Of a stretch of DNA of 64,000 nucleotides, positions 16,235 through 28,619 are shown piece by piece. The notes under the pieces are model-generated. The model was not told the DNA's origin and ran no database searches. It worked only from the letters and a program-made list of their open reading frames with translations. The stretch is from Eledone cirrhosa (lineage: Eukaryota). The DNA lies in contig OZ024740.1 in assembly GCA_964016885.1 (NCBI GenBank), forward strand, positions 440,262,001 to 440,326,000. Direction: 5' to 3'. Each line of letters begins with the position of its first letter. Positions within the stretch are counted from its first letter, which is position 1. The position numbers and the translations under genes were made by a program.

Positions 16235-19200
16235 GGTTAGTTGGTTAGTTGGTTAGTTGATTAGTAGTTTAGTTGGTTAATTGGTTAGTTGGTTAGTTGG
16301 TTAATTTGTTAGTTGGTTAGATGGTTAGTAGGTTAGTTGGTTAGTTGGTTAATTATTTAGTAGGTTAGTTAGTTAGTTGGTTAATTGGTTAATTGTTTAT
16401 ATGGTTAGTTGGTTAGTTGCTTAATTGGTTAGTTTGTTAGTTGGTTAGTTGGTTAGATGGTTAGTTGGTTAATTGGTTAGTTGGTTAGTTGCATAGTTGG
16501 TTAGTGGGTTAATTGGTTAGTTGGCTAGTTGGTTAAGTGGTTAATTGGTTAGTTGGTTAATTGGTTAATTAGTTAGTTGGTTAGTTGGTTAATTGTTTAA
16601 TTGGTTAGTTGGTTAATTGGTTAGTTGGTTAATTGTTTAGTTGGAAAGTTGGTTAGTTGGTTAATTGGTTAGTTGGTTAATTGGTTAGTTGGTTAGTAGG
16701 TTAATTGGTTGGTTGGTTAGTAGGTTAATTGGTTAATTAGTTAGTTGGTTAGTTGATTAATTGTTTAATTCGTTAGTTGGTTAATTGGTTAGTTGGTTAA
16801 TTGGTTAGTTGGTTAGTTGGTTAGTATGTTATTTGGTTAGAGGTTTCATTGGTTAATTAGTTAGTCGGTTAGTTGGTTAATCGGCTAGATGGTTAATTGG
16901 TTAATCGATTAGTTGTTTAATTTGTTAGTTTGTTAATTGGTTAGTTGGTTCATTAGTTATTTGGTTGTTTGGTTAGTTGTTTAGTAGGTTAAGTGGTTAG
17001 TTGGTTACTTGGTTAGTTGGTTAGTTGTTTAGTTGGTTAGTTGGTTAATTGGTTAGTTGGTTAGTTGGTTAGATGGTTAGTTGGTTAATTGTTTAGTTGG
17101 TTATTTGGTTAGTTAGTTAGTTGCATAGTTGGTTAATTGTCTAGTTGGTTAGTTGGTTAGTTGGTTAATTGGTTAGATGGTTAGTTGGTTAGTAGGTTAA
17201 TTGGTTAATTGGTTATTTGATTAATTGCTTAATTGGTTAGTTGGTTAATTGCTTAATAGGCTAGTTGCTTAATTTGTTAATTGGTTAGGTGGTTAATTGT
17301 TTACTTGGAAAGTTGGTTAGTCGGTTAATTGCTTAGTTGGTTAGTTGGTTAATTAGTTAGTTCGTTAGTTGGTTAGTTGGTTAGTAGGTTATTTGGTTAG
17401 AGGTTTCGTTGGTTAATTAGTTAGTCGGTTAGTTGGTTAATCGGCTAGATGGTTAATTGGTTAATCGATTAGTTGGTTAATTTGTTAGTTTGTTAATTGG
17501 TTAGTTGGTTCATTAGTTATTTGGTTGTTTGGTTAGTTGGTTAGTTGTTTAGTAGGTTAATTGGTTAGTTGGTTACTTGGTTAATTGGTTAGTTGGTTAG
17601 TTGTTTAGTTGTTCAGTTGGTTAATTGGTTAGTTGGTTAATTGGTTAGTTGGTTAGATGGTTAGTTGGTTAATTGTTTAGTTGGTTATTTGGTTAGTTAG
17701 TTAGTTGCGTAGTTGGTTAATTGTCTAGTTGGTTAGTTGGTTAGTTGGTTAATTGGTTAATTGATTAGTTGGTTAGTAGGTTAATTGGTTAATTCGTTAT
17801 TTGATTAATTGCTTAATTGGTTAGTTGGTTAGTTGGTTAATTGCTTAATAGGCTAGTTGCTTAATTTGTTAATTGGTTAGTTGGTTAATTGTTTAGTTGG
17901 AAAGTTGGTTAGTTGGTTAATTGCTTAGTTGGTTAGTTGGTTAATTGGTTAGTTCGTTAGTTGGTTAGTAGGTTAGTTGATTATTTGGTTAATTGGTTAG
18001 AAGGTTAATTGATTAATCGATTAGTTGGTTAGTTGGTTAATTGGTTAGTTGGTTAGTATGTTAATAGGTTAGTTGATTCATTAGTTATTTAGTTATTTGG
18101 TTATTTGGTTAGTTGTTTAGTAGGTTAATTCGTTAGTTGGTTACTTGTTTAATTATTTAGTTGGTTAGTTGGTTAGTAGGTTAATTGGTTAGTTGGTTAG
18201 TAGATTAGTTGGTTAGTTGGTTAGTTGGTTAATTGGTTAGTGGGTTAGTAGGTCAATTGGTTAGTTGCATAGTTGGTTAATTGGTTAGTTGGTTAGTTGG
18301 TTAGATGGTTAGTTGTTTAATTGTTTAGTTGGTTAGTTGCATATTTGCTTAGTTGCTTAGTTGGTTAATTGTCTAGTTGTTTAGTTGGTTAGTTGGTTAA
18401 TTAGTTATTTGGTTAGTTGGTTAGTAGGTTAATTGGTTAATTGGTTATTTGATTAATTGTTTAATTCGTTAGTTGGTTAATTGCTTAATCGGTTAGTTGC
18501 TTAATTTGTTAATTGGTTAGTTGGTTAATTATTTAGTTGGAAAGTTGGTTAGTTGGTTAATTGGTTAGTTCGTTAGTTGGTTAGTTGGTTAGTAGGTTAG
18601 TTGATTATTTGGTTAGGAGTTATTTGGTTAATTGGTTAGTTGGTTAATTGGTTAGATGGTTAATTGGTTAATCGATTAGTTGCTTAGTTGATTAATTGGT
18701 TAGTTTGTTAGTTGGTTAGTTGGTTAGTATGTTAATTGGTTAGTTGATTCATTAGTTATTTGGTTATTTGGTTAGTTGTTTAGTAGGTTAATTGGTTAGT
18801 TGGTTACTGGTTTAATTGTTCAGTTGGTTAGTTGGTTAGTAGGTTAATTGGTTAGTTGGTTAGATGAATAGTAGGCTAGTTGGTTAATTGGTTAGTTGGT
18901 TAGTTGGTTAGTAGGTTAGTTGGTGAGTTGGTTAATTGGTTAGTTCGTTAGTCCGTTAGTTCGTTAGTTGGTTAATTGGTTAGTTAGTTAGTAGGTTAAT
19001 TGTTTAGTAGGTTAATTGGTTAGTTCGTTAGTTCGTTAGTTGGTTAGTTGCTTAGTTGGCTCATTGGTTCGTTGGTTAGTAGGTTAATTGGTTAGCTGGT
19101 TAGTTGGTTAGTTGGCTAATTGGTAATTTGGTTAGTTGGTTAGTTAGTTGGTTGGCTAGTTGGTTAGTTGGTTAATTGATTAATTATTTAGTACGTTATT

Positions 19201-22200
19201 TGGTTAGAAGGTTAGTTGGTTAGTTGGTTAGTTGGTTAATTGGTTAATAGGCTAGTTGCTTAATTTGTTAATTGGTTAGTTGGTTAATTGTTTAGTTGGA
19301 AAGTTGGTTAGTTGGTTAATTGCTTAGTTGGTTAGTTGGTTAATTGGTTAGTTCGTTAGTTGGTTAGTTGGTTAGTAGGTTAGTTGATTATTTGGTTAGG
19401 AGTTATTTGGTTAATTGGTTAGAAGGTTAATTGATTAATCGATTAGTTGGTTAGTTGGTTAATTGGTTAGTTGGTTAGTATGTTAATAGGTTAGTTGATT
19501 CATTAGTTATTTAGTTATTTGGTTATTTGGTTAGTTGTTTAGTAGGTTAATTCGTTAGTTGGTTACTTGTTTAATTATTTAGTTGGTTAGTTGGTTAGTA
19601 GGTTAATTGGTTAGTTGGTTAGTAGATTAGTTGGTTAGTTGGTTAGTTGGTTAATTGGTTAGTGGGTTAGTAGGTCAATTGGTTAGTTGCATAGTTGGTT
19701 AATTGGTTAGTTGGTTAGTTGGTTAGATGGTTAGTTGTTTAATTGTTTAGTTGGTTAGTTGCATATTTGCTTAGTTGCTTAGTTGGTTAATTGTCTAGTT
19801 GTTTAGTTGGTTAGTTGGTTAATTAGTTATTTGGTTAGTTGGTTAGTAAGTTAATTGGTTAATTGGTTATTTGATTAATTGTTTAATTGGTTAGTTGGTT
19901 AATTGCTTAATCGGTTAGTTGCTTAATTTGTTAATTGGTTAGTTGGTTAATTATTTAGTTGGAAAGTTGGTTAGTTGGTTAATTGGTTAGTTCGTTAGTT
20001 GGTTAGTTGGTTAGTAGGTTAGTTGATTATTTGGTTAGGAGTTAGTTGGTTAATTGGTTAGTTGGTTAATTGGTTAGATGGTTAATTGGTTAATCGATTA
20101 GTTGCTTAGTTGATTAATTGGTTAGTTTGTTAGTTGGTTAGTTGGTTAGTATGTTAATTGGTTAGTTGATTCATTAGTTATTTGGTTAGTTGTTTAGTAG
20201 GTTAATTGGTTAGTTGGTTACTGGTTTAATTGTTCAGTTGGTTAGTTGGTTAGTAGGTTAATTGGTTAGTTGGTTAGATGAATAGTAGGCTAGTTGGTTA
20301 ATTGGTTAGTTGGTTAGTTGGTTAGTAGGTTAGTTGGTGAGTTGGTTAATTGGTTAGTTCGTTAGTCCGTTAGTTCGTTAGTTGGTTAATTGGTTAGTTA
20401 GTTAGTAGGTTAATTGTTTAGTAGGTTAATTGGTTAGTTCGTTAGTTCGTTAGTTGGTTAGTTGCTTAGTTGGCTCATTGGTTCGTTGGTTAGTAGGTTA
20501 ATTGGTTAGCTGGTTAGTTGGTTAGTTGGCTAATTGGTAATTTGGTTAGTTGGTTAGTTAGTTAGTTGGCTAGTTGGTTAGTTGGTTAATTGATTAATTA
20601 TTTAGTACGTTATTTGGTTAGAAGGTTAGTTGGTTAGTTGGTTAGTTGGTTAATTGGTTAATAGGCTAGTTGCTTAATTTGTTAATTGGTTAGTTGGTTA
20701 ATTGTTTAGTTGGAAAGTTGGTTAGTTGGTTAATTGCTTAGTTGGTTAGTTGGTTAATTGGTTAGTTCGTTAGTTGGTTAGTTGGTTAGTAGGTTAGTTG
20801 ATTATTTGGTTAGGAGTTATTTGGTTAATTGGTTAGAAGGTTAATTGATTAATCGATTAGTTGGTTAGTTGGTTAATTGGTTAGTTGGTTAGTATGCTAA
20901 TAGGTTAGTTGATTCATTAGTTATTTAGTTATTTGGTTATTTGGTTAGTTGTTTAGTAGGTTAATTCGTTAGTTGGTTACTTGTTTAATTATTTAGTTGG
21001 TTAGTTGGTTAGTAGGTTAATTGGTTAGTTGGTTAGTAGATTAGTTGGTTAGTTGGTTAGTTGGTTAATTGGTTAGTTGGTTAGTAGGTCAATTGGTTAG
21101 TTGCATAGTAGGTTAATTGGTTAGTTGGTTAGATGGTTAGTTGTTTAATTGTTTAGTTGGTTAGTTGCATATTTGCTTAGTTGCTTAGTTGGTTAATTGT
21201 CTAGTTGTTTAGTTGGTTAGTTGGTTAATTAGTTATTTGGTTAGTTGGTTAGTAGGTTAATTGGTTAATTGGTTATTTGATTAATTGTTTAATTGGTTAG
21301 TTGGTTAATTGCTTAATCGGTTAGTTGCTTAATTTGTTAATTGGTTAGTTGGTTAATTATTTAGTTGGAAAGTTGGTTAGTTGGTTAATTGGTTAGTTCG
21401 TTAGTTGGTTAGTTGGTTAGTAGGTTAGTAGATTATTTGGTTAGGAGTTAGTTGGTTAATTGGTTAGTTGGTTAATTGGTTAGATGGTTAATTGGTTAAT
21501 CGATTAGTTGCTTAGTTGATTAATTGGTTAGTTTGTTAGTTGGTTAGTTGGTTAGTATGTTAATTGGTTAGTTGATTCATTAGTTATTTGGTTATTTGGT
21601 TAGTTGTTTAGTAGGTTAATTGGTTAGTTGGTTACTGGTTTAATTGTTCAGTTGGTTAGTTGGTTAGTAGGTTAATTGGTTAGTTAGTTAGTAGGTTAAT
21701 TGTTTAGTAGGTTAATTGGTTAGTTCGTTAGTTCGTTAGTTGGTTAGTTGCTTAGTTGGCTCATTTGTTCGTTGGTTAGTAGGTTAATTGGTTAGCTGGT
21801 TAGTTGGTTTGTTGGCTAATTGGTAATTTGGTTAGTTTGTTAGTTAGTTAGTTGGCTAGTTGGTTAGTTGGTTAATTGATTAATTATTTAGTACGTTATT
21901 TGGTTAGAAGGTTAGTTGGTTAGTTGGTTAGTTGGTTAATTGGTTATTTGATTAGTTGGTTAGTTGTTTAGTCGGTTAATTGGTTATTTAGTTAGTTATT
22001 TAATTGTTTAGCTGGTTAGTTGGTTAGTTGGTTAGTTGATTAATTGTTTAATTGGTTAGTTGGTTAATTGGTTAGTTGGTTAATTGGTTAGTTGGTTAGT
22101 ATGTTAGTAGGTTAGTTGGTTAGTTGGTTATTTGGTTAGTTGGTCAATTGGTTAGTTGGTTAATTGGTTAGTTGGTCTGTTGCTTAGTTGGTTAATTGGT

Positions 22201-22315
22201 TAGTTGCTTAGTTGCTTAGTTGTTTAGTAGGTTAGTAGGTTAGTTGGTTAGTTTGTTAATTGGTTAATTCGTTAGTTGGTTAGTTGGTTAATTGGTTAGT
22301 TGGTTAGTTGGTTAG
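16235..22315. repeat. 8-bp satellite (GGTTAGTT / GGTTAATT variants) with ~0.6-0.75 kb and ~1.41 kb higher-order repeats
   Basis: Continuous 8-bp period. Marker GGAAAG at 16643, 17307, 17899, 18539, 19298, 19961, 20712, 21367; marker GTCCGTTAG at 18951 and 20365 (1414 apart). Confidence 0.97.
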
Positions 22316-22560
22316 CTCACTAGCTCACTAGCTCACTAACTGACTATCTCACTAGCTCACTAGCTGATTAGCTCACAAACTGACTAACTGACTAACTCTC
22401 TATGTGACTATCCGACTCGTTGACTACCTGACTAGCTCCACTATCCCACTATCTCACTAGCCCACTATCTGACTAGCTCCACTAGCTCATTATCTCACTA
22501 ACTCACTTGCTCACTAACTCACTAGCTCACTAGCTCATTAGCTCACTAGCTCACTTGCAC
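22312..22560. repeat. 8-bp C-rich tandem repeat (TAGCTCAC / TAACTGAC) abutting the GGTTAGTT array
   Basis: tagctcac tagctcac tagctcac taactgac... begins in the same TAG register as the preceding array. Confidence 0.85.
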
Positions 22561-22815
22561 ACGAGCGGATTAGACAGTTGGATTTGAAGATAGTGTTATA
22601 GATAGGTATATGAATGGATTGCTGTCTAACAAACTGAGGAAGGCAGTGTAGTGTCATGGAGAATAGAAAATAAGGGAATAAGTGGGAAGGACTGAGATAA
22701 ATATAACGTCGGAAGATATAGGTAAAAGGCGAGGAAAGGTGGTAATATAGATGGAGATAGGTAGATATATATATATATTCAGAGAGAGAGAGATTGATAG
22801 ACGAATGGATAGATA

Positions 22816-23643
22816 AATTTCTTTATTAGCCACAAGGGCACAAAAGAAGAGGACAAATACAAATGGGGAGTTTACATACAGGTATATGAAAATAAAATTA
22901 TTAATAAAATAACAAATAACAATTGATATCCCCAATAGGGGGCAGGCGTTACACAGGGTTTGTACACACCCCGAAAGAATGTACAACCCTCATCTCCAGG
23001 AGCGCCAAGAGTGAGTACTCCCTTCCTCTCTTCCTCTTTTTCCTCAACCTACAGGCTTATATAGAGAGAAGGCCCAACCACTCGGACCATCTTTGCTACA
23101 TTCACCCACCTTTTATAAAATTTTCTGGGGTACAGCACCTCTCTCTCTCCATCCTGATTCTTCTTCCAAAATGATATTTGAAAAAACGAACGAGTTGCCC
23201 GCCGGAGAGAAAGGTGTCTGACCTCAGCCCTTTTAACCTCGTCCACCATATAACCTCATTCACCGTAGCCATAACACATAGAAAAGCCGCCTCTCCCTCG
23301 TTTTTGAAGGAGGGTGGCGGTTTAATCATGACAGTGGACTCGGTGGTCAACTGGATTAGTCCCACTCGCGACAATAGTCGTTCTACATAGCCCCACAGGT
23401 CGGTAACGCCCGGGCAGTGTACAAATGCGTGCGCGACGGTTTCCTCGTCGTGCACGCATCTCGGACAGATCTTTTTCGAAGGGTCCCTACCCGGGCGCCC
23501 GTGTCTGTAGAGCTTGTCTCGAACTGGTAGAGCTCCTCCGTAGCACTGCCAGGCCAGGGACTCTTGAAAGTTGTCCATTGGTCTCGGGCGGAAGGTCCTA
23601 CCGAACAGACTGGCCAGTTCGTCCTCCTCTACGCCTAGAGTGG
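22816..23643 (-). mobile_element. 5'-truncated L1/Tx1-clade LINE: ORF2 C-terminus with zf-RVT-like CCHC finger plus 3' UTR
   Basis: The 23102..24118 (-) ORF ends in ...SLAWQCYGGALPVRDKLYRHG...CPRCVHDEETVAHAFVHCPGVTDLW...EVIWWTR, the W..ALPV / CxxC..ET..H...C / IW..R pattern of L1/Tx1 ORF2 C-termini. A frameshift near 23130 continues into the 23049..23249 ORF. AATAAA at the 3' end; ATGGATAGATA flanks both ends (22805-22815, 23644-23654). Confidence 0.88.
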
Positions 23644-23696
23644 ATGGATAGATAGGTAGATAGATAGAGAAATTAGTAGGAGGTAGGTAGTAGATA

Positions 23697-23745
23697 CATT
23701 TCTTTATTACACACAAGGGCACAAAAGAAGGGGACAAATACAAAT
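23697..23745 (-). mobile_element. Very short 3'-end stub of the same Tx1-like LINE family
   Basis: TTTCTTTATTACACACAAGGGCACAAAAGAAGGGGACAAATACAAATGG matches 22818-22866; flanked by the 15-bp direct repeat GGTAGGTAGTAGATA (23682-23696, 23746-23760). Confidence 0.85.
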
Positions 23746-23760
23746 GGTAGGTAGTAGATA

Positions 23761-23900
23761 ATTTTCTTTTTATTTGCCACCAGGGCATCAACAAGTGGGA
23801 CAAGTACAATGGGGGGAGTTTACATAACAAGGCGTCCTCAATAAGGAGGAGGCAATAACAAAATATAAAAATAAAATAAAATATAACAAAATAAAATTTA
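23761..23900 (-). mobile_element. 3'-end stub of a related Tx1-like LINE (more diverged)
   Basis: TTTATTTGCCACCAGGGCATCAACAAGTGGGACAAGTACAATGGGGGGAGTTTACATA resembles 22822-22878; flanked by GGTAGGTAGTAGATA at 23746-23760 and 23901-23915. Confidence 0.8.
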
Positions 23901-23922
23901 GGTAGGTAGTAGATAGACAGGC

Positions 23923-24048
<126 letters not shown>

Positions 24049-24071
24049 GTAGGTAGATAGATAGATAGATT

Positions 24072-24168
24072 AATTTCTTTATTCGCCACAAGGGCGCAAA
24101 AGATGGGGACAAATACAAAGTGGGGAGTTTACATACATGCGTGTAAAAAAGAATTTATAAAACAATAA
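24072..24168 (-). mobile_element. Fourth 3'-end stub of the Tx1-like LINE, in (GATA)n
   Basis: AATTTCTTTATTCGCCACAAGGGCGCAAAAGATGGGGACAAATACAAAGTGGGGAGTTTACATACA matches 22816-22880; TAGATAGATAG tracts on both sides. Confidence 0.82.
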
Positions 24169-24972
24169 TAGATAGATAGGGAAAGAGAGAATAGAATAGA
24201 AAGAGGAGTGAAAAATATATATATATTTGTAGAGAAAGAGAGAAATGGTAGGAAAAGCGAGAGAAGGAAGAGGAATATCATAGAATTGGTTTAAAAACAA
24301 TATTTTAAGATGGAAGGCGATAAAAAATACAGAAAGATATATAGAAAGAAAGAAAAATAATTGAGTATCAAGCAACACTACCGGTATGAATGTAGTGGAA
24401 TTACTGATGTTTCTCTCGTTGTTCTGAAAGACTTCAAGTCGACGATGGTGTCAGCTATATGGATGACGCCGGCGGCGGTAGCTGCAGTGGTGGGGATGAT
24501 AGCAGGCAAGCAGTAAGAACAAGGTGCAATACACATAGCGCTATATCAACGTGACGCTTTCAGGAAGTTATCGCCAGGGGAAATCATGGTTGAATATTGC
24601 TCCGAGTAGAAGAAAGAAAAGATGGAAGAGTGGTGGGGAGAGATGATGATGGTGGTGGTCGTGTGTGTGTAGATTTGGCGTAGTTAGTGCTGAACCACAT
24701 GGGAGATATACCATGGCCCGGTGCAATGGATATTGAAATAATCCTATTGATAGTATTCTGTATATTCAGATGGAAAGAAACTGGTGCTAGTCCTTGAGGT
24801 GGGGGAGAAGGAAACGGGGACAGGAGACCGATCAATTCACAAATAGCTGTTCAGTCAAACAAATGGAATATTCGGCTGTGACAGATGTTTCACTAACTGC
24901 TATGTGACAAAATTTCCTCTCACCTTCCTCCTATGCACGTCTATCTTTCTTTAAACTCGATGCATATTCATT

Positions 24973-25009
24973 TCTTTAGCTTTCGATCAGTCATCGTCAG
25001 CTCTAAAGA
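24973..25009 (-). ncRNA. Degenerate hammerhead-like motif (probable deletion across stem III/stem I)
   Basis: Minus strand TCTTTAGAG-CTGACGA-T-GA-CTGA-TC-GAAA-GCTAAAGA: both core boxes are present and TCTTTAG/CTAAAGA can pair, but no complete stem III plus cleavage site fits. Confidence 0.35.
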
Positions 25010-25203
25010 CATTTCTTTTCCTGTTACTACCTCCACATATCTTCCTTTTCTTATATTATATGCTCCTCCCTCACCAACAATACCTTCAAACACCCTACAC
25101 ACCAAAACTGATCTTTATTAAAACTCTTATTGCTAAAAACTAACAGAAAAATAAACACCAGCCTTGGTCACATTTCACATATATTTGAACTCACATAATC
25201 ACT

Positions 25204-25231
25204 TTCTTCTTCTTCTTCTTCTTCTTCTTCT
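25204..25231. repeat. (TTC)n microsatellite
   Basis: Direct reading. Confidence 0.95.
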
Positions 25232-25239
25232 TTATACAT

Positions 25240-26310
25240 TATTCTAATACCCCCTCCTCAGTACTTTCTCTCCTTTACTTTCTCTCCTTTACTAGACAGT
25301 AGTCTGATAATATTTTCTCTCCTTTACTTTACTAGACAGTAGTCTGACAATAAACTTGGCTACATTCTTCCCTTCTGCTCTTTTTACAATTTTTTTATCC
25401 TTCTCTATTCTTTATCATATTTAAAGTATTTCATATATATTCAGTTTTTTTACAATCTGTACAAACAAACTCAGCTTCAGAGCTTTCTCTTACTAAACAG
25501 CTATAAGGGCTGTGGGATAATTTTATGCAACTTAATTTCACATTTTCCTTTTACAATATGCACTCATTTTTCTTGTCATCCTTAGAGAAATGGAAAGAAA
25601 TTCGATACACATGAAATATTGTGTACTGTTTTAAATTTCTTCAATAAACCTGGTAGTTCTGTTTCTATTTAATTTCACTGGTGAATTTCTGGGGTTCTTT
25701 ACATGTTACAGTTTCATATTTGCTACAGCAAACATATCAGTGACTCAGTGGCACTGAACACTGTAGGAACTCTATTGGGACTTAATTAATTAAATCGCTA
25801 GAAACAACTACCTTTTATTAAAGCTGCAGCAAACGAAATGGAATGTTTCAAAATAAGGCTTTTTAACGTAAATTAAGGAAGAAACTGAGCATTTTGCACT
25901 GTTTTCTCTTAACATTTATTATTTATATCTTGACAAAGTTCTAGAGAGATTGGAAAAGCTAAAAATTGTCATTGGTTATGTAGTTAACATTCGTAACATC
26001 TTAGATTATTCTCTGAGTTCACAACTTAATATCTGCTTCTTGAAAAACTATTCTCCAACAAGATTTAACTTTATTTACTTTAGTCTACCTAAAACATTGA
26101 AACACGTCTAAATTGTAAAAGCCATCTCTATATACATTTGAAAAAAAAATGAATATACCTTTAAAATCAAAAACAAATTCCAGCAACCAGTTTCAAACAA
26201 GAAAATTCCATGATTATATTCTTGGAAATGAGAAACAAACGTTTTGAGAGAAAAACATGCCATATATCTATAAGGTGCCATATGTAACCTTTTAATTCAA
26301 CTTCCATCCA
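25240..26310 (-). mobile_element. Possible heavily decayed Copia-like LTR retrotransposon remnant (RT/RNase H end plus PPT)
   Basis: Minus strand, in the expected order: KLN*KVTYG (~26300; cf. KLxKxLYG), TVFSATES (~25765; cf. VALSxTEAEY), HVYRISFHFSKD (~25600; cf. HIDIRxHFxRD), then purine tract TGAGGAGGGG followed by TATTAG (~25250). All weak, read by eye. Confidence 0.25.
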
Positions 26311-26364
26311 GAACCGGCTTGCCTTAATCAACTCAGATCTGATATATACCAGTTATATTTTCAG

Positions 26365-26555
26365 TGGTAAATTAGCAGTGTTGTTAGCGATATCTGTTCC
26401 AGCTCTCTTCACTCTGAGTTCAAATTTCATTGAGATCAACTTTGTTTCGCATTTTTGGGGGGTTGAAAACTAATATGCCGGTTATTAAAGGGTAACACAG
26501 GATGCGTTGGTGGTATCTGATATGGCTCTGTGTGTTCTGGGTTCAAATCCTGTTT
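26365..26555 (+). mobile_element. Old degenerate SINE fragments of the same tRNA-SINE superfamily
   Basis: TTAGCAGTGTTGTTAGC...CTCTGAGTTCAAATTTCATTGAGATCAACTTTG...GGGGTTGA aligns loosely with the SINEs at 1063 and 27168; second B-box-like TTCTGGGTTCAAATCC at ~26536-26551. Confidence 0.6.
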
Positions 26556-27167
26556 CCTTCTGCTCGGTGTTGTGACCAACAGAGAACATCACTAATGGAA
26601 CGACCAACAGAAACATACTTTCTTTGATCTAATCTGACAATCGGTTCTTTTTCCTTCTTTTTCTTTTCACTCTTACCTTCCGTGACAAAAATATATCAGC
26701 TCATCTCAGAAAGAAATCAACATTTTAATAAATTTAATGTTCACTCAAGCCTATACCGATATTTTCTAGGTCAAATATAATATTTCTGGTGTTTGATGTA
26801 AAAAAACAACATAGAAACTAGAAAGAGAATGAAAATTTCTGAACTACGTTATAACGAAACATTGAACATTATATATGTCAAGTTGATGATTGATCGAAAC
26901 TATTCGGGGAATGTAATTCTGTGGCAGTTTTGAGATTGATAGACAATTTGTTGACATCCAACGGGGCTCTCTCAATAAGGATATTAATGTGTGTACACAA
27001 TTAAAAATATTTTTAGTATATTTGTAATTTATTTATATACGTGTTGTAAAATCTAGAAAGGTTTTTATCTGGAGACCCTGGGATTAATTTCAGTACTTGG
27101 AAAGTAGGATCTAAAAACCTTGTGCAAATTATGGTTTGTCCGGGAATATTAAAGACAATGATATAAA

Positions 27168-27356
27168 GTCATCGTGGATTGGTAGTATCGGTAGAGGGTT
27201 GGACGCCATGCTTTGCAGCATAGTTACGTCCCTTTACGATCTAAGTTCAAATCCCGCCGAGGTTGACTTTGCCTTTCATCCCTACGGGGTCGATAAAATA
27301 AAGTACCAGTAATGCACTGGGTATTTGCTGGCCTTGTGCCTAACGTATAAACAATT
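27168..27356 (+). mobile_element. tRNA-derived SINE, internally deleted variant
   Basis: GGATTGGTAGTATCGGTAGAG...AAGTTCAAATCCCGCCGAGGTTGACTTTGCCTTTCATCC..CGGGGTCGATAAAATAAAGTACCAGTAATGCACTGGG; lacks ~29 bp between CACTGGG and CTGGCCTTGTGCC relative to the 1063 copy. Confidence 0.9.
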
Positions 27357-27470
27357 ATAATAAATGTTCGGTAAACCCATACGTACATATATATGTGTGC
27401 ATGTATGTATATATATACATACTACTGTACGTCTGTACACATATATGTATGTACGTATATATACTTATAT
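27354..27470 (+). repeat. ~120-bp dispersed direct repeat, copy 1 (copy 2 at 30555-30679)
   Basis: ATTATAATAAATGTTCGGTAAACCCATACGTACATATATAT...TACTGTACGTCTGTA..CATATATGTATGTACGTATATATACTTATAT is present at both positions. Confidence 0.92.
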
Positions 27471-27526
27471 TTAGATAACAGCCGTACTAAGAGTGAGAAA
27501 TGAAATTTCGTTTCATTTTTTCCATT

Positions 27527-28021
<495 letters not shown>

Positions 28022-28337
28022 AACGGCGTTGAATTAGTTTTGCGATGTTTTTGATATCAAACAAGCAACACTGACCTAAGAGAAGTATAAATAAATAAAT
28101 AAATAAATAAATACACAAGCACAATAACAACAAACACATATAAACACACACAAATAAACTACGATAGAATACAATAACCCATACATAGTCACCCAAACAC
28201 AAACACACATCAAACAAAACACTATACATACACGCAAACGCATGCGCAGAGAAGACAAAAAATAAACAAATAAATAAATAAATAAACAGACTAAATAAAG
28301 ATGGCGTAAGCATACAATGCAACGGGAGGAAACATAA

Positions 28338-28384
28338 TAACACCACTGACGATGTTGCAGATGTGCAACGAAAGAACTTTGTTA
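28338..28384 (+). ncRNA. Type I hammerhead ribozyme-like motif, imperfect stem I
   Basis: CTGACGA (28346-28352), T, GTTGCA-GATG-TGCAAC (perfect 6-bp stem II), GAAA (28370-28373), G-AA-CTT; TAACA/TGTTA pairs as stem I only with a 3-nt bulge. Confidence 0.55.
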
Positions 28385-28582
28385 GACTATATATATGTGT
28401 TTGTGTCTATATTGTATCTGTATTTTTGACCGTTGGTCAGTCAATGGCAACATTGAGGACCGAATAAATTAAATAAACCGATATAAAAGACACAGAAGCG
28501 AAAAGCAACCAAACAGTGAGTGAGTATGTTCTGTTATTAATTCTGGCAATATTATTACACAAATATGACCCTCCCCAAGTAC

Positions 28583-28618
<36 letters not shown>

Positions 28619-28619
28619 G

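Noticed and set aside
16235-22315. True telomere
   Set aside because: Not (TTAGGG)n, heavily degenerate, and internal to the window with unique sequence on both sides.
24870-24915. Minus-strand GAAAC-ATCT-GTC as a hammerhead half
   Set aside because: The CTGANGA box is missing upstream.
27079-27094. TGGGATTAATTTCAGT match to the 35-bp minisatellite
   Set aside because: Only ~16 AT-rich bases; compatible with chance.
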